A stretch of DNA of 64,000 bases from an uncultured Bacteroidia bacterium (GTDB lineage Bacteria > Bacteroidota > Bacteroidia > NS11-12g > UBA955), in NCBI GenBank assembly GCA_938086785.1, contig CALKCM010000005.1:501-64500 (forward strand), in the 5' to 3' direction. Below the pieces are notes generated by a model. It saw nothing but the letters and a program-made list of their open reading frames with translations, was not told where the DNA came from and did not search any database. Every line of letters begins with the position of its first letter. Position 1 is the stretch's first letter. The position numbers were made by a program, and so were the translations under genes. Shown piece by piece: positions 9,908 to 19,699 of this stretch.

Positions 9908-11215
9908 TTAAATTATATCACCATAAATATCGTAGGGAGAGGCCTCTGTAATTGTTACATTGGCAAAATCGCCGAGACGCACATAATTATTTTTGGCTTT
10001 AACCAAAACTTCATTATCCACCTCTGGGCTGTCATACTCGGTTCTTCCTACAAAATATTCTCCCTCTAATCGGTCAAATAAAACCTTCATTTTTTTTCCA
10101 ACTAAAGACATGTTGAATTCATGACTCACATCCATTTGAGACTCCATAATTGTATTCATTCGGAGCTCTTTTACAGCTTCTGGAACATTGTCAATTAATG
10201 AGCCAGCATGTGTATTTTCTTCATGTGAATAGGTGAAGACACCTAACCTATGAAATTTGTATTCTTTAATGAAGTTATGAAGTATTTCAAAATCCTCTTC
10301 TGTCTCATTTGGATGACCAACCAAGAGGGTAGTGCGTAAAGCTATTCCCGGAACTCCTTGCTTTATTTGATTTAATACATCCTCACTTCTTTGTTGTGAA
10401 ATACCTCTACGCATTTGTTTCAGCATATTATTGCTATGATGTTGAATAGGTATGTCTAAGTATTTGCAAATATTGGGTTTACTTGCCATTACAGGCAGCA
10501 CATCCATCGGGAATTTAGATGGGTAGGCATAATGCAAACGAATCCATTCTAAACCTTCAATATCTGAGATTCGATCAAGAAGTTCAGCTAATTTTCGCTC
10601 GCCGTATATGTCGATTCCATAAAAAGTACTGTCCTGAGCAATGAGCATCACCTCTTTAATTCCCTGTGATACTAAATGCGATATTTCTTTAACCAGCTGC
10701 TCTATGGGTTTACTCACATGCTTTCCTCTCATTAATGGAATCGCGCAGAAAGAGCAAGGCCGATCACAGCCCTCAGATATTTTTACATATGCATAGTGCT
10801 TGGGGGTCGTAAGCAATCGCTCTCCCAATAAATCGTGCTTATAGTCTCCACCAAATTTCCCCAAAAGTTGAGGTAATTCAAGAGTTCCGAACCAATCATC
10901 TACATCTGTTATTTCAGATTTTAATTCATCTCGATAACGCTCGGACAGACATCCCGTAACAATCAGCTTATCAATTTCTTTATTTTGCTTCTTTTCTGCA
11001 TACTGTAGAATAGTATTAATGCTTTCCTCTTTAGCATTATCAATAAAACCACAAGTGTTTACAATAATAACATTGGCATCCTTATCACTGTTCTTATCCA
11101 ACTCGATATCATTGGCTTGTAATTGACCCATCATAACCTCTGAATCAACCACATTTTTAGAACAACCCAAGGTTACTACGTGTACTTTGTCTGCTTTTCC
11201 TGACTTTGTCTTCAT
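9908..11215 (-). CDS. rimO: ribosomal protein S12 methylthiotransferase
   Basis: UPF0004 N-domain (VVTLGCSKN), radical SAM CxxxCxxC (CDRPCSFC) and a TRAM C-terminus. Confidence 0.9.
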   Translation of the reverse strand: MKTKSGKADKVHVVTLGCSKNVVDSEVMMGQLQANDIELDKNSDKDANVIIVNTCGFIDNAKEESINTILQYAEKKQNKEIDKLIVTGCLSERYRDELKSEITDVDDWFGTLELPQLLGKFGGDYKHDLLGERLLTTPKHYAYVKISEGCDRPCSFCAIPLMRGKHVSKPIEQLVKEISHLVSQGIKEVMLIAQDSTFYGIDIYGERKLAELLDRISDIEGLEWIRLHYAYPSKFPMDVLPVMASKPNICKYLDIPIQHHSNNMLKQMRRGISQQRSEDVLNQIKQGVPGIALRTTLLVGHPNETEEDFEILHNFIKEYKFHRLGVFTYSHEENTHAGSLIDNVPEAVKELRMNTIMESQMDVSHEFNMSLVGKKMKVLFDRLEGEYFVGRTEYDSPEVDNEVLVKAKNNYVRLGDFANVTITEASPYDIYGDII

Positions 11216-12181
11216 TTACTTGTTAAATATAGAATCTAAAAATACGTTTTTATCAAATAATATTAAATCATCTTCTTGTTCACCAACACCAATATATTTA
11301 ACTGGAATTTGCAAATCTGAACTAACCCCTATGACAACGCCTCCTTTAGCCGTTCCATCAAGTTTTGAAATTGCTAGGGCATTTACATTTGTGGCTGATG
11401 CAAATACTTTAGCTTGTTCAAATGCGTTTTGTCCTGTGGTTGCATCCAAGACAAGTAATGTTTCGTGTGGGGCATCCTCTTTGAATTTTTGGACCACCCG
11501 TCTCATTTTCCCGAGTTCATTCATTAAACCAACTTTATTATGCAATCGACCTGCAGTATCAATAATAACCACATCTGCATTGCTCTCAACCCCATATTTT
11601 ACAGCATCATATGCCACAGCACTAGGGTCTGTATTCATGCCTTTACTCACAATCTCAACTCCTGCTCGTTCTTTCCATATGGAAAGTTGATCTACTGCAG
11701 CAGCTCTAAATGTGTCTCCAGCACCTAAAACAACCTTTTTACCTGCCTGACCATATTTATAAGCTATTTTTCCTATGGTTGTTGTTTTACCAACCCCATT
11801 AACACCAACAACAAAAATAACATAAGGTACTTTTGCATTATTAGAGTCGAAGTCTATTGCCATATCTTCTGGCAAAGCGGGCATAAGTTCTGAACAGATT
11901 TTAATTAAGAAAACGCGCAGATCCTCGTCCGATATGTATTTATCTTGGGAGACTTTACTTTCGAGCGCTTCTATAATTTTAACGGTTGTTTCTACTCCAA
12001 CGTCACTGGTAATTAGAATTTCCTCTAATTCGTCCAAGTATTCCGGATCCACCGTCTTTTTACCAAGAAGGGTAGAACTTAACTTGTTCCAAATACCAGA
12101 TCTTGTTTTTTCAAGACCTTCCGTTACCTGAGCCTTCTCCTCAGTGACTGTTTTCTTTCGTTTAAAGTTAAAAAATCCCAT
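11216..12181 (-). CDS. ftsY: signal recognition particle receptor FtsY
   Basis: SRP GTPase motifs (GVNGVGKTTT, DTAGR, SKLDG). The start is trimmed to MGFFNFKRKK. Confidence 0.9.
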   Translation of the reverse strand: MGFFNFKRKKTVTEEKAQVTEGLEKTRSGIWNKLSSTLLGKKTVDPEYLDELEEILITSDVGVETTVKIIEALESKVSQDKYISDEDLRVFLIKICSELMPALPEDMAIDFDSNNAKVPYVIFVVGVNGVGKTTTIGKIAYKYGQAGKKVVLGAGDTFRAAAVDQLSIWKERAGVEIVSKGMNTDPSAVAYDAVKYGVESNADVVIIDTAGRLHNKVGLMNELGKMRRVVQKFKEDAPHETLLVLDATTGQNAFEQAKVFASATNVNALAISKLDGTAKGGVVIGVSSDLQIPVKYIGVGEQEDDLILFDKNVFLDSIFNK

Positions 12182-12240
12182 GGCAAAAAAAATGCTCCGC
12201 CATGTTACAGGTGGAGCATTCAAATATCTAATGTCTTATT

Positions 12241-12393
12241 TTATTTTGCAAAAAAATCTTTGGTTTTACCTGCAACCATAAATTCTTCCTTAAAAGTATA
12301 TGCTCCATTTTTTGGAGACTTTACAACCTTAATTGCCTTTACTATTTCCACGCCGCCTTCTTTTTTCAGCGTTGCTACTACTTTCTTTGCCAT
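12241..12393 (-). CDS. small DUF4295-like protein (50 aa), not in the supplied ORF track
   Basis: Hand translation gives [50 protein letters not shown]. Its ATG shares one base with the rpmG stop (TAATG). Its position between rpmG and ftsY is the position this family usually occupies in Bacteroidota. Confidence 0.7.
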   Translation of the reverse strand: MAKKVVATLKKEGGVEIVKAIKVVKSPKNGAYTFKEEFMVAGKTKDFFAK

Positions 12394-12575
12394 TATTTAA
12401 TTTCCTTATGTAATGTTATTTTACGCATGTAAGGGTTGTATTTTTTTAATTCAACTCTTTCGGGCGTGTTTTTCTTATTTTTCGTGGTAATATACCTGCT
12501 CATTCCTGGGATATTTGTCCCTTTTTGCTCGGTACATTCCAGTATAACCTGAACTCTATTTCCTTTTCTTGCCAT
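12393..12575 (-). CDS. rpmG: 50S ribosomal protein L33
   Basis: [16 protein letters not shown]... is a typical L33 sequence of 60 aa. Confidence 0.95.
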   Translation of the reverse strand: MARKGNRVQVILECTEQKGTNIPGMSRYITTKNKKNTPERVELKKYNPYMRKITLHKEIK

Positions 12576-12581
12576 ACTCTT

Positions 12582-12815
12582 TTATATTTTTCCTTCTTTA
12601 AACAAATTATTTAAGCATGCGGTGATGCCCTTTTTGTTGATCGTTCTTATCGTACTTGCAGCAACCTTAAGCGTAATAAATTCTCCTGTTTCGGGAATAA
12701 AAAACTTTTTGGTTTGCAGGTTCGGGTAAAACCGACGCTTTGTTTTATGGTTCGAGTGAGACACTCTATTGCCCTTCAAGGCTTTCTTACCGGTTAAATC
12801 ACAAACTTTAGACAT
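12582..12815 (-). CDS. rpmB: 50S ribosomal protein L28
   Basis: MSKVCDLTGKKALKGNRVSHSNHKTKRRFYPNLQ is a typical L28 sequence. The start is trimmed from the track ORF. Confidence 0.9.
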   Translation of the reverse strand: MSKVCDLTGKKALKGNRVSHSNHKTKRRFYPNLQTKKFFIPETGEFITLKVAASTIRTINKKGITACLNNLFKEGKI

Positions 12816-13281
12816 TGTTTTGAATTTTGGGCTGCAAAGATAAGAACATTTTTTACATTTCACAATGGATTTTTAGAGATATTTTAAATGTCCATTTTTG
12901 AGTCCAAATACTCCTTTTATTAGAGTTTTTTGAATCGTAAAAAGTATCAAAGAACGCTATTTTTTAAACCCTTCATCATTTGCCTTTTACTCAGGCAAGT
13001 GACTCACAAGAGTTAGTTTGACATGAAAATTGGATTTTATAAAAGAAGCCAATTTAATTTATGAATACATCTTTTCATTCGGTAAATATCTATCTTCAAA
13101 CTAAGAGTTTTAAGGTCATAAGCATATACGATCAAAGTAATTTTGGGGGTGCGAATTACCGCACTTGTGTAAATGCTCTTTTTGTAAAGCAAACATCTGC
13201 TAATTAAGAGCTGCCAAGAATTTGAAAGATTTGGCTTTGCAATCACTCAGGTAATTCGTAAATTTGCCAAAGCCAGAAATT

Positions 13282-14439
13282 ATGCCTTTTTACCACAAAC
13301 AGGGAGATTTTCCCAAAAAACGCCACACTCAATTTAGAAAACCAAATGGCGAATTATATCACGAGGAGCTTGTAAGTACTGAGGGGTTTAGTAGTATTCA
13401 TTCTTTAATTTATCACGCGCATCCTCCTACTTTAGTTAGTAATATTGGTGAACCTATACCATACGGCCCGGTTGCTGCCATGGAAGAGAATATGCAGAGC
13501 AGAAGCTTTTTGACTTTTGATGTACCTGCTGAAGATGATTATATAAAGAGCAGGAAAGTAATGCTCTTTAATAGTGATTTGCATATTGGTGTTTGCGCTC
13601 CTAAGAAAAGTATGGTCGATTACTTCTTTAAAAATACAGACGGAGACGAGGTTTTGTTTATTCACAAGGGAAGCGGTAAACTCATTACCATTTATGGAGA
13701 AATAGCTTTTAAGTATGGAGATTACCTTGTTATTCCGAGAGGAACAATTTACCAGTTGCATTTTGATACGGAAGAAAACCGAATTTTGTTTACGGAGAGC
13801 CCTTCACCGATATATCCGCCCAAACGCTATCAAAATCAAAGTGGTCAATTAATGGAGCATTCCCCTTTCTGTGAGAGAGATATGAAACTTCCTACAAATC
13901 TCAAAACACATGATGCACAAGGATCATTTAAAGTAATGATAAAAAAGCAAAACCAGCTTTGGCCATACACCTATGCCTCTCATCCATTTGACGCAATAGG
14001 TTGGGATGGATATGTTTATCCATATGGCTTCTCAATTCATGATTTTGAACCCATCACTGGAAGAGTGCATCAACCGCCTCCGGTTCATCAAACTTTTGAA
14101 GCCAAGAATTTTGTTATTTGTAGCTTTTGCCCCCGATTATACGATTATCATCCTGATTCTATTCCTGCGCCATACAATCATAGCAATGTAGATAGTGATG
14201 AAATTCTCTATTATGTCGATGGCGATTTCATGAGCAGAAAGCATGTAGAACAAGGCATGATTACTCTTCATCCAAAAGGAATTCCACATGGTCCTCACCC
14301 TGGCACTGCAGAAAAAAGTATAGGCAAAAAAGCTACTGGAGAGTTGGCTGTTATGATTGACCCTTTTCATCCTTTGAAAGTTACTCAAGACGCTCTAAAC
14401 ACAGAAGATCCAAACTATTGGAAAAGTTGGGTTGAGTAA
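13282..14439 (+). CDS. hmgA: homogentisate 1,2-dioxygenase
   Basis: The MPFYHKQGDFPKKRHTQFRKPNG N-terminus and overall length match bacteroidotal HmgA. ATG at 13282 is preferred over TTG at 13264. Confidence 0.85.
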   Translation: MPFYHKQGDFPKKRHTQFRKPNGELYHEELVSTEGFSSIHSLIYHAHPPTLVSNIGEPIPYGPVAAMEENMQSRSFLTFDVPAEDDYIKSRKVMLFNSDLHIGVCAPKKSMVDYFFKNTDGDEVLFIHKGSGKLITIYGEIAFKYGDYLVIPRGTIYQLHFDTEENRILFTESPSPIYPPKRYQNQSGQLMEHSPFCERDMKLPTNLKTHDAQGSFKVMIKKQNQLWPYTYASHPFDAIGWDGYVYPYGFSIHDFEPITGRVHQPPPVHQTFEAKNFVICSFCPRLYDYHPDSIPAPYNHSNVDSDEILYYVDGDFMSRKHVEQGMITLHPKGIPHGPHPGTAEKSIGKKATGELAVMIDPFHPLKVTQDALNTEDPNYWKSWVE

Positions 14440-14467
14440 AGATCCACTTCAAACACAATTTAATTAC

Positions 14468-17400
14468 ATGATTTTAAAAAGAAAACTTTTATTTTTAGCT
14501 GCAATAGCCGGTCTAAGTTTTGCGCAAGCACAAACCATCTCTCCTCGGGCATATAGTAAACTTTACAGAAAAACTGAGAAGAAACTTAAAAGACAATCTG
14601 CAGATTCTAGAAAGCAGGGAGAAGTAAAAGAGTACAATCCCTCAGAATGGTGGATTCAACAATATTTGAATACAATGGACCCAGCTCTTGGAAGGCCAAC
14701 TCCAGAGGTTATGATTGATTATTTAGTCAACAGACCAATGGCGGGTAATAATGCTGCTGTGTTGCCAGGAACTGAAACTCATCCTTGGGTTGAACGAGGT
14801 CCAAATAATGTAGGAGGCCGAACCAGAGCTTTGGTTTGGGATCCCTTCTTAGATAATAAAGTGTGGGCTGGTGGTGTAACTGGTGGATTATGGTTCAATA
14901 CAGACATAACGAATTCTGAAACTAGTTGGATTCAAGTAAGTAACTTATGGTCTAATCTAAATATAACAGCTATTGCTTTTGATCCCAATAATAAGGGAAC
15001 CATGTATGTTGGAACGGGAGAAGGGTATGGTGTTACTGCTTCAACTACAAGAGGCAGTGGAATATGGAAATCTACAGATAGTGGACGAACATTTTCTCAA
15101 TTATTAAATAGTACAGAATTTTACTATATCAATGATATCGTAATTAGAGATCATAAAGGTACATCTGAAATCTATGTCGCTGTTGATGCGCAGTTCTTTC
15201 AAGGGGCATGGCATGGCTTATCGTCCTATGGATTAAAGAAAAGCTCGGATGGCGGTGTTTCCTGGTCAACAGTTGGACCTAGCTTAAGCAATACCCGACT
15301 GGCAATTGCAGATTTAGAGATTGGTCCGGACAACAGAATATGGGCAGGAAGTCGAAGGTTTCCTTACAATCGTCAGGATCGAGGGGGAGGCAGAGTATTA
15401 TACTCAGCTGATGGTTCAAATTGGACCACATCATACACACACTCGAATAAAACAGGTCGTGTAAGTATAGCGGTAGCTCAAAGTGATAGCAATTATGCAT
15501 ATGCGCTAATAGAAGTTTCGGGCAAGCTAGATGATGTCATCCGAACCACAAATCACGGAGTAAATTGGGCTAGTAGAACAGAGCCAGAAGATGTGGACAA
15601 TGGAATTCCAGATGAAGATTTTACAAGAGGACAAGCTTGGTATGATCTCGTAATTGCGGTAGATCCCAATGATAAAAATGTTCTTATTGCGGGAGGTATT
15701 GATTTATTTAGATCGACTGACGGTGCGGGCACTTGGACTCAAATTTCCAAATGGTCGAATAATAATAACTTACGAAATCTTTCCTGTCCTTATGTGCATG
15801 CAGATCAACACGCGATTCTCTTTAAAAAGAATTCTTCCAACGTATGTCTTTTTGGTAACGATGGCGGAGTGTTCTATTCCGATAATATTTCTCTTGCGGC
15901 CTCCTCGTCCACAGCTATATTGAGTAGAATTAAGAATTACAATACAACACAGTTTTATTGGGGAGATATTGCCAATTCGAGAAACAGCAACAACTTTATT
16001 GCTGGAGCTCAGGATAATGGAACTCAAAAATTTACCACTGCAGGGATTAATTCTACGCAGCGTGTTAAATCCGGAGACGGAGCATATTGTTTTATTGATA
16101 AAACAAATTCTAACAAGCAGATTGCTTCCTACGTGTACAATAGTTATGAATACACTCGAAACAATTGGGCCAGTAAATTTACCCTAATTAATGATTTAGA
16201 TGCCGCGAATGGCTCTTTTATAAACTGTGCTGAATGGGATGATAACGGTTCTGGTTTAATTACGAACAAAGACAATGGTAAATTATACCGAATTAAATTA
16301 ACCGATACCAAGGGGCCTTTAGAGACAGTTGAATATGCGGATGGGGATGTTGCCTCGGCGATAAAAGCCTTTGAAGGTGCGAATGGAAAGTCCAGAGTTT
16401 GGATTGGAAACAATAAGGGTAAAGTTTATGTAACGGAGGATTTTTGGCAGACAAGTCCCGTGTTTGAGGATAAAACGGGAACGATCAATACGGGTGCAAT
16501 TAGTGATATTTTTAATTGGAATAGCAGCGATACCGTTTTTGTAACCTTATCTAATTATGGAATAAATAACATTTATTACAGCAATGATGGCGGAACTTCA
16601 TGGACGGCAAAAGATGGAAACCTTCCAAATATTCCCGTATGGTCTTTGGTTCTTAACCCTAACAAACCTTTTGAGGCCATTATTGGTACAGAGTCTGGAA
16701 TATTTGCCACGAGTAATATTTTTGCAAACTCTCCTAATTGGCAAGAATATGCAGAAGGCATGGGTAATGTTAAAATTGCCACCCTTAAGGTAAGAGATAC
16801 AGATGATGAAATATTAGCCGTTACACATGGGAGAGGGCTTTTCACCTCTGGAGCATTTGAATCTCAGAAGCCCCAAGTAGATTTTTCTGCTGATGTAACT
16901 ACTGCGTGTGCGAATGAGATGATTACTCTTACAGATGCCTCGTTTTATGATCCTACGACTTGGGCATGGTCTTTTGAACCCTATGGAAATGTAACCTACC
17001 TCGCAGGCACAGACTCAACGAGTCAAAACCCACAGGTACAATTAAACAGTGGACTTTACAAGGTTAGCCTTAAGGCTAGCAATTCGTTGGGAATCGATGA
17101 AAAGGAAAGAGAATCATATCTCACCATTAAAGAAACTCCAGCTTCACCCACGATACGTTTATCCTGGGACACTTTGTATGCATCTTATACAGGATCTGGA
17201 ACCATTTATTGGTTTTTGAATAATGTAGAAGTAGGCACAGGAGATTTCTTGAAATTAACAAGTAATGGCTATTACACAGCATATCTTAGAAATAATGATT
17301 GTTTGAGTGATAGTGTTGCTGGAGTTCAATTTAATTCCCTAGGTGCTGAGGTAATTGATGAATCAAGATTATCTATTTATCCAAACCCTGCAGAGCGTAT

Positions 17401-17599
17401 CATTAATGTGGATGCATATTTTGAGATTTTAGAAATTTCAATTATTGATTTAGGAGGTAAAGTTATTCTTAAAAAAACAGGTAGTAACCAGCTTAAAGCC
17501 CGATTAAAATTACCTGAGGGATTAAATATGCAGACTGTAATTGTTCAGATTTTAGGATCAAATGGAGAATCTTTTCGGGAGGTAATGGTTGTAAAATAA
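14468..17599 (+). CDS. secreted BNR/Asp-box (sortilin/Ycf48-like) beta-propeller protein with a PKD domain and a T9SS C-terminal sorting domain
   Basis: Signal peptide after the ATG at 14468. Repeated SxDxGxTW Asp-boxes (STDSGRTF, SSDGGVSW, TTNHGVNW, STDGAGTW, SNDGGTSW). A PKD-like segment is present. The C-terminus has SIYPNPA... beta-rich T9SS type A signature. Confidence 0.75.
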   Translation: MILKRKLLFLAAIAGLSFAQAQTISPRAYSKLYRKTEKKLKRQSADSRKQGEVKEYNPSEWWIQQYLNTMDPALGRPTPEVMIDYLVNRPMAGNNAAVLPGTETHPWVERGPNNVGGRTRALVWDPFLDNKVWAGGVTGGLWFNTDITNSETSWIQVSNLWSNLNITAIAFDPNNKGTMYVGTGEGYGVTASTTRGSGIWKSTDSGRTFSQLLNSTEFYYINDIVIRDHKGTSEIYVAVDAQFFQGAWHGLSSYGLKKSSDGGVSWSTVGPSLSNTRLAIADLEIGPDNRIWAGSRRFPYNRQDRGGGRVLYSADGSNWTTSYTHSNKTGRVSIAVAQSDSNYAYALIEVSGKLDDVIRTTNHGVNWASRTEPEDVDNGIPDEDFTRGQAWYDLVIAVDPNDKNVLIAGGIDLFRSTDGAGTWTQISKWSNNNNLRNLSCPYVHADQHAILFKKNSSNVCLFGNDGGVFYSDNISLAASSSTAILSRIKNYNTTQFYWGDIANSRNSNNFIAGAQDNGTQKFTTAGINSTQRVKSGDGAYCFIDKTNSNKQIASYVYNSYEYTRNNWASKFTLINDLDAANGSFINCAEWDDNGSGLITNKDNGKLYRIKLTDTKGPLETVEYADGDVASAIKAFEGANGKSRVWIGNNKGKVYVTEDFWQTSPVFEDKTGTINTGAISDIFNWNSSDTVFVTLSNYGINNIYYSNDGGTSWTAKDGNLPNIPVWSLVLNPNKPFEAIIGTESGIFATSNIFANSPNWQEYAEGMGNVKIATLKVRDTDDEILAVTHGRGLFTSGAFESQKPQVDFSADVTTACANEMITLTDASFYDPTTWAWSFEPYGNVTYLAGTDSTSQNPQVQLNSGLYKVSLKASNSLGIDEKERESYLTIKETPASPTIRLSWDTLYASYTGSGTIYWFLNNVEVGTGDFLKLTSNGYYTAYLRNNDCLSDSVAGVQFNSLGAEVIDESRLSIYPNPAERIINVDAYFEILEISIIDLGGKVILKKTGSNQLKARLKLPEGLNMQTVIVQILGSNGESFREVMVVK

Positions 17600-17602
17600 T
17601 AC

Positions 17603-18448
17603 ATGCGAATTAAATTAGGAGGTGTGCCAGAGCACTTCAATTACCTCTGGAAATGGTCGTACACTCAAGAACTCTTTAGAAAAGCAGGACATTATTTGGA
17701 ATGGACAGACTTTAAGGGGGGCACTGGTGCCATGATTGAAAGTTTGGAGAACGATGAAATAGATGTGGCTATTATGCTCACAGAGGGAGCTATTGCTGCC
17801 ATTGATAAAGGGCATGATTTTAAAATCCGACTTCCTTTTGTTATTTCGCCTTTAATTTGGGGTGTTTTTTCGAGTGCAAATAGGGTAGAACCACTTCCCA
17901 ATGGATATAAAAATGCAAAGTTTGCAGTAAGTAGATTATTCTCTGGAAGTCATTTAATGTCCCAATTTTTAGCAAGTAAATATGGGTCCCAATTAAGCCC
18001 TGAAAACTTTGTTGTCTCTGAAAATTTAAAAGGGGCTATTGCAGTGCTTGAATCTGGTAAAGCAGATTTTTTTCTCTGGGAAAAATACATGACTCTTAAC
18101 TTAGTTGAAGAACGAATTTTTAACTACAATGGTCAAGTTACAGCTCCTTGGCCTGCATTTGTGTTTGTGAGTAAGACAAATAAACAAAGCATTGATACGG
18201 AAAACTTAAAAGAATTAGTAGATGGCGCCATAAAGAATTTCCTTTCTTGGGATAGGACAGAGGCTATTTCTGAAATAAGCCAACACTTTGGACTGCGCCA
18301 GGAAGACACTAAAAGTTGGTTTAATGAGGTGAGGTATTACGATGGAAATAAATACTGGATCGATCGTATACTAGCTGCACAATACCTTATGCAGGCAAAT
18401 GACATGTGTGATACAATTCATCCCTTAGAAGAATTGTGTGATTTATAA
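17603..18448 (+). CDS. cytoplasmic protein with a probable periplasmic-binding-protein-like fold (NMT1/PhnD-like), function unknown
   Basis: 281 aa with no signal peptide. The alternating beta-alpha pattern and GGVPEHFN N-terminus are only weakly recognised. Confidence 0.35.
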   Translation: MRIKLGGVPEHFNYLWKWSYTQELFRKAGHYLEWTDFKGGTGAMIESLENDEIDVAIMLTEGAIAAIDKGHDFKIRLPFVISPLIWGVFSSANRVEPLPNGYKNAKFAVSRLFSGSHLMSQFLASKYGSQLSPENFVVSENLKGAIAVLESGKADFFLWEKYMTLNLVEERIFNYNGQVTAPWPAFVFVSKTNKQSIDTENLKELVDGAIKNFLSWDRTEAISEISQHFGLRQEDTKSWFNEVRYYDGNKYWIDRILAAQYLMQANDMCDTIHPLEELCDL

Positions 18449-19699
18449 AGAATATATCAAATAAGGTTGTCGCTCTTGTTTAAATTTTTGCAATGGAACT
18501 GCCCATTTTTCGCGAATATTAGCGCTTGTTTTACCAGCCATAATATCTTTTCTCAATTCTGAATTGCCGGCCAATTTGTCAAAAAAATCATCCTTAAAGA
18601 AGGTGCTTTTATCGGGGCAATCTTTATAGAGCATAATGAGCCATTCGAGATAGACTTTTTTATGTAGAACCATATAAAATCGGGCAAAATCATGCAGGAG
18701 ATACCCCCGACATTGTTTTCCTTTGAATGGTGGATTAAATGCTTTTCCTTTTATATCCTGTGGCGTAAAATAGTAGGTTCCCATTTTTAGCCATGGAGCG
18801 CCAAAACACTCAAAAGGCATATTTGTACCACGTCCCATACTCATTTCTGTGCCCTCAAAAAGTCCCAATGATGGGTAAAGAATAATGCTCTCAAATGTCG
18901 GAAGGTTTGGAGAAGGCGATACAGGGAGACCGAAGGACATAGATTTAGAATAATGATCGCAACGAATAACCATAAGTGGGCAGGTATCTTTGGTTTCTAA
19001 CCAACCTTCTCCATTAATCATAAAGGCCAATTCTCCAAGTGTCATTCCATGAACAAGGGGAATTGGATGCATGCCTACCATGCTTCTATATTTAGAATCT
19101 AGAATAGGTCCGTCAGTGTAATGACCATTTGGATTCGGTCTATCCAAAACAATAAGTTTCGTTTGTGTTTCTGCACAAGCTTGCATGATGTAATGCATGC
19201 TCGATAAATAAGTGTAAAATCGGACGCCTACATCTTGCAAATCAAAAATAACAACATCAATATTTTCAAGTTGCTCTGGACTGGGTTTCTTATTGGACCC
19301 GTAAAGAGATAAAATTGGAAGTCCTGTTTTTGGATCTTTCCCATTGACTACATGCTGTCCGTTGGCTGCATCGCCTCTGAAGCCGTGCTCTAAAGCAAAT
19401 ATCGTTGTTACATCTAATTTTGCTCCTAAAAGGCTATCAACTAAATGAACTTTACCAATGCGTGAAGTTTTATTTGCAACTACTGCAATTCTTTGAGAAT
19501 CTAATAAGGAAAAATAGGCATCCGTTCGTTCTGCACCCACCTTAATATTGCCGTAATTGAAATGTCTCTTTGGAGAGGTTAATATAGATACACTCTCTCC
19601 TTTATTCTTTTTTGCATCATCAATTACAGCGTATAAAAATTGTATACTTAAAATGCTGAGAATGAGAAATAGGGATTTATATTTGAGGTGAAAATTCAT
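18443..19699 (-). CDS. namZ: DUF1343 family protein (NamZ-like exo-beta-N-acetylmuramidase)
   Basis: Signal peptide from the ATG at 19699 (MNFHLKYKSLFLILSILSIQFLYA). DUF1343-like core (VVANKTS ... FDLQDVGVRFYTY ... LDRPNPNG). Confidence 0.7.
   Translation of the reverse strand: MNFHLKYKSLFLILSILSIQFLYAVIDDAKKNKGESVSILTSPKRHFNYGNIKVGAERTDAYFSLLDSQRIAVVANKTSRIGKVHLVDSLLGAKLDVTTIFALEHGFRGDAANGQHVVNGKDPKTGLPILSLYGSNKKPSPEQLENIDVVIFDLQDVGVRFYTYLSSMHYIMQACAETQTKLIVLDRPNPNGHYTDGPILDSKYRSMVGMHPIPLVHGMTLGELAFMINGEGWLETKDTCPLMVIRCDHYSKSMSFGLPVSPSPNLPTFESIILYPSLGLFEGTEMSMGRGTNMPFECFGAPWLKMGTYYFTPQDIKGKAFNPPFKGKQCRGYLLHDFARFYMVLHKKVYLEWLIMLYKDCPDKSTFFKDDFFDKLAGNSELRKDIMAGKTSANIREKWAVPLQKFKQERQPYLIYSL

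Noticed and set aside
11187-11690. 167-aa plus-strand ORF antisense to rimO/ftsY
   Set aside because: It lies entirely inside two well-supported minus-strand genes. Its composition is low-complexity and Ser/Thr/Pro-rich, typical of an antisense shadow frame.
13037-13246. 69-aa minus-strand ORF in the rpmB-hmgA intergenic region
   Set aside because: It shows no homology features and has poor, stop-prone surroundings. The region is more plausibly the promoter DNA of the two divergent genes.
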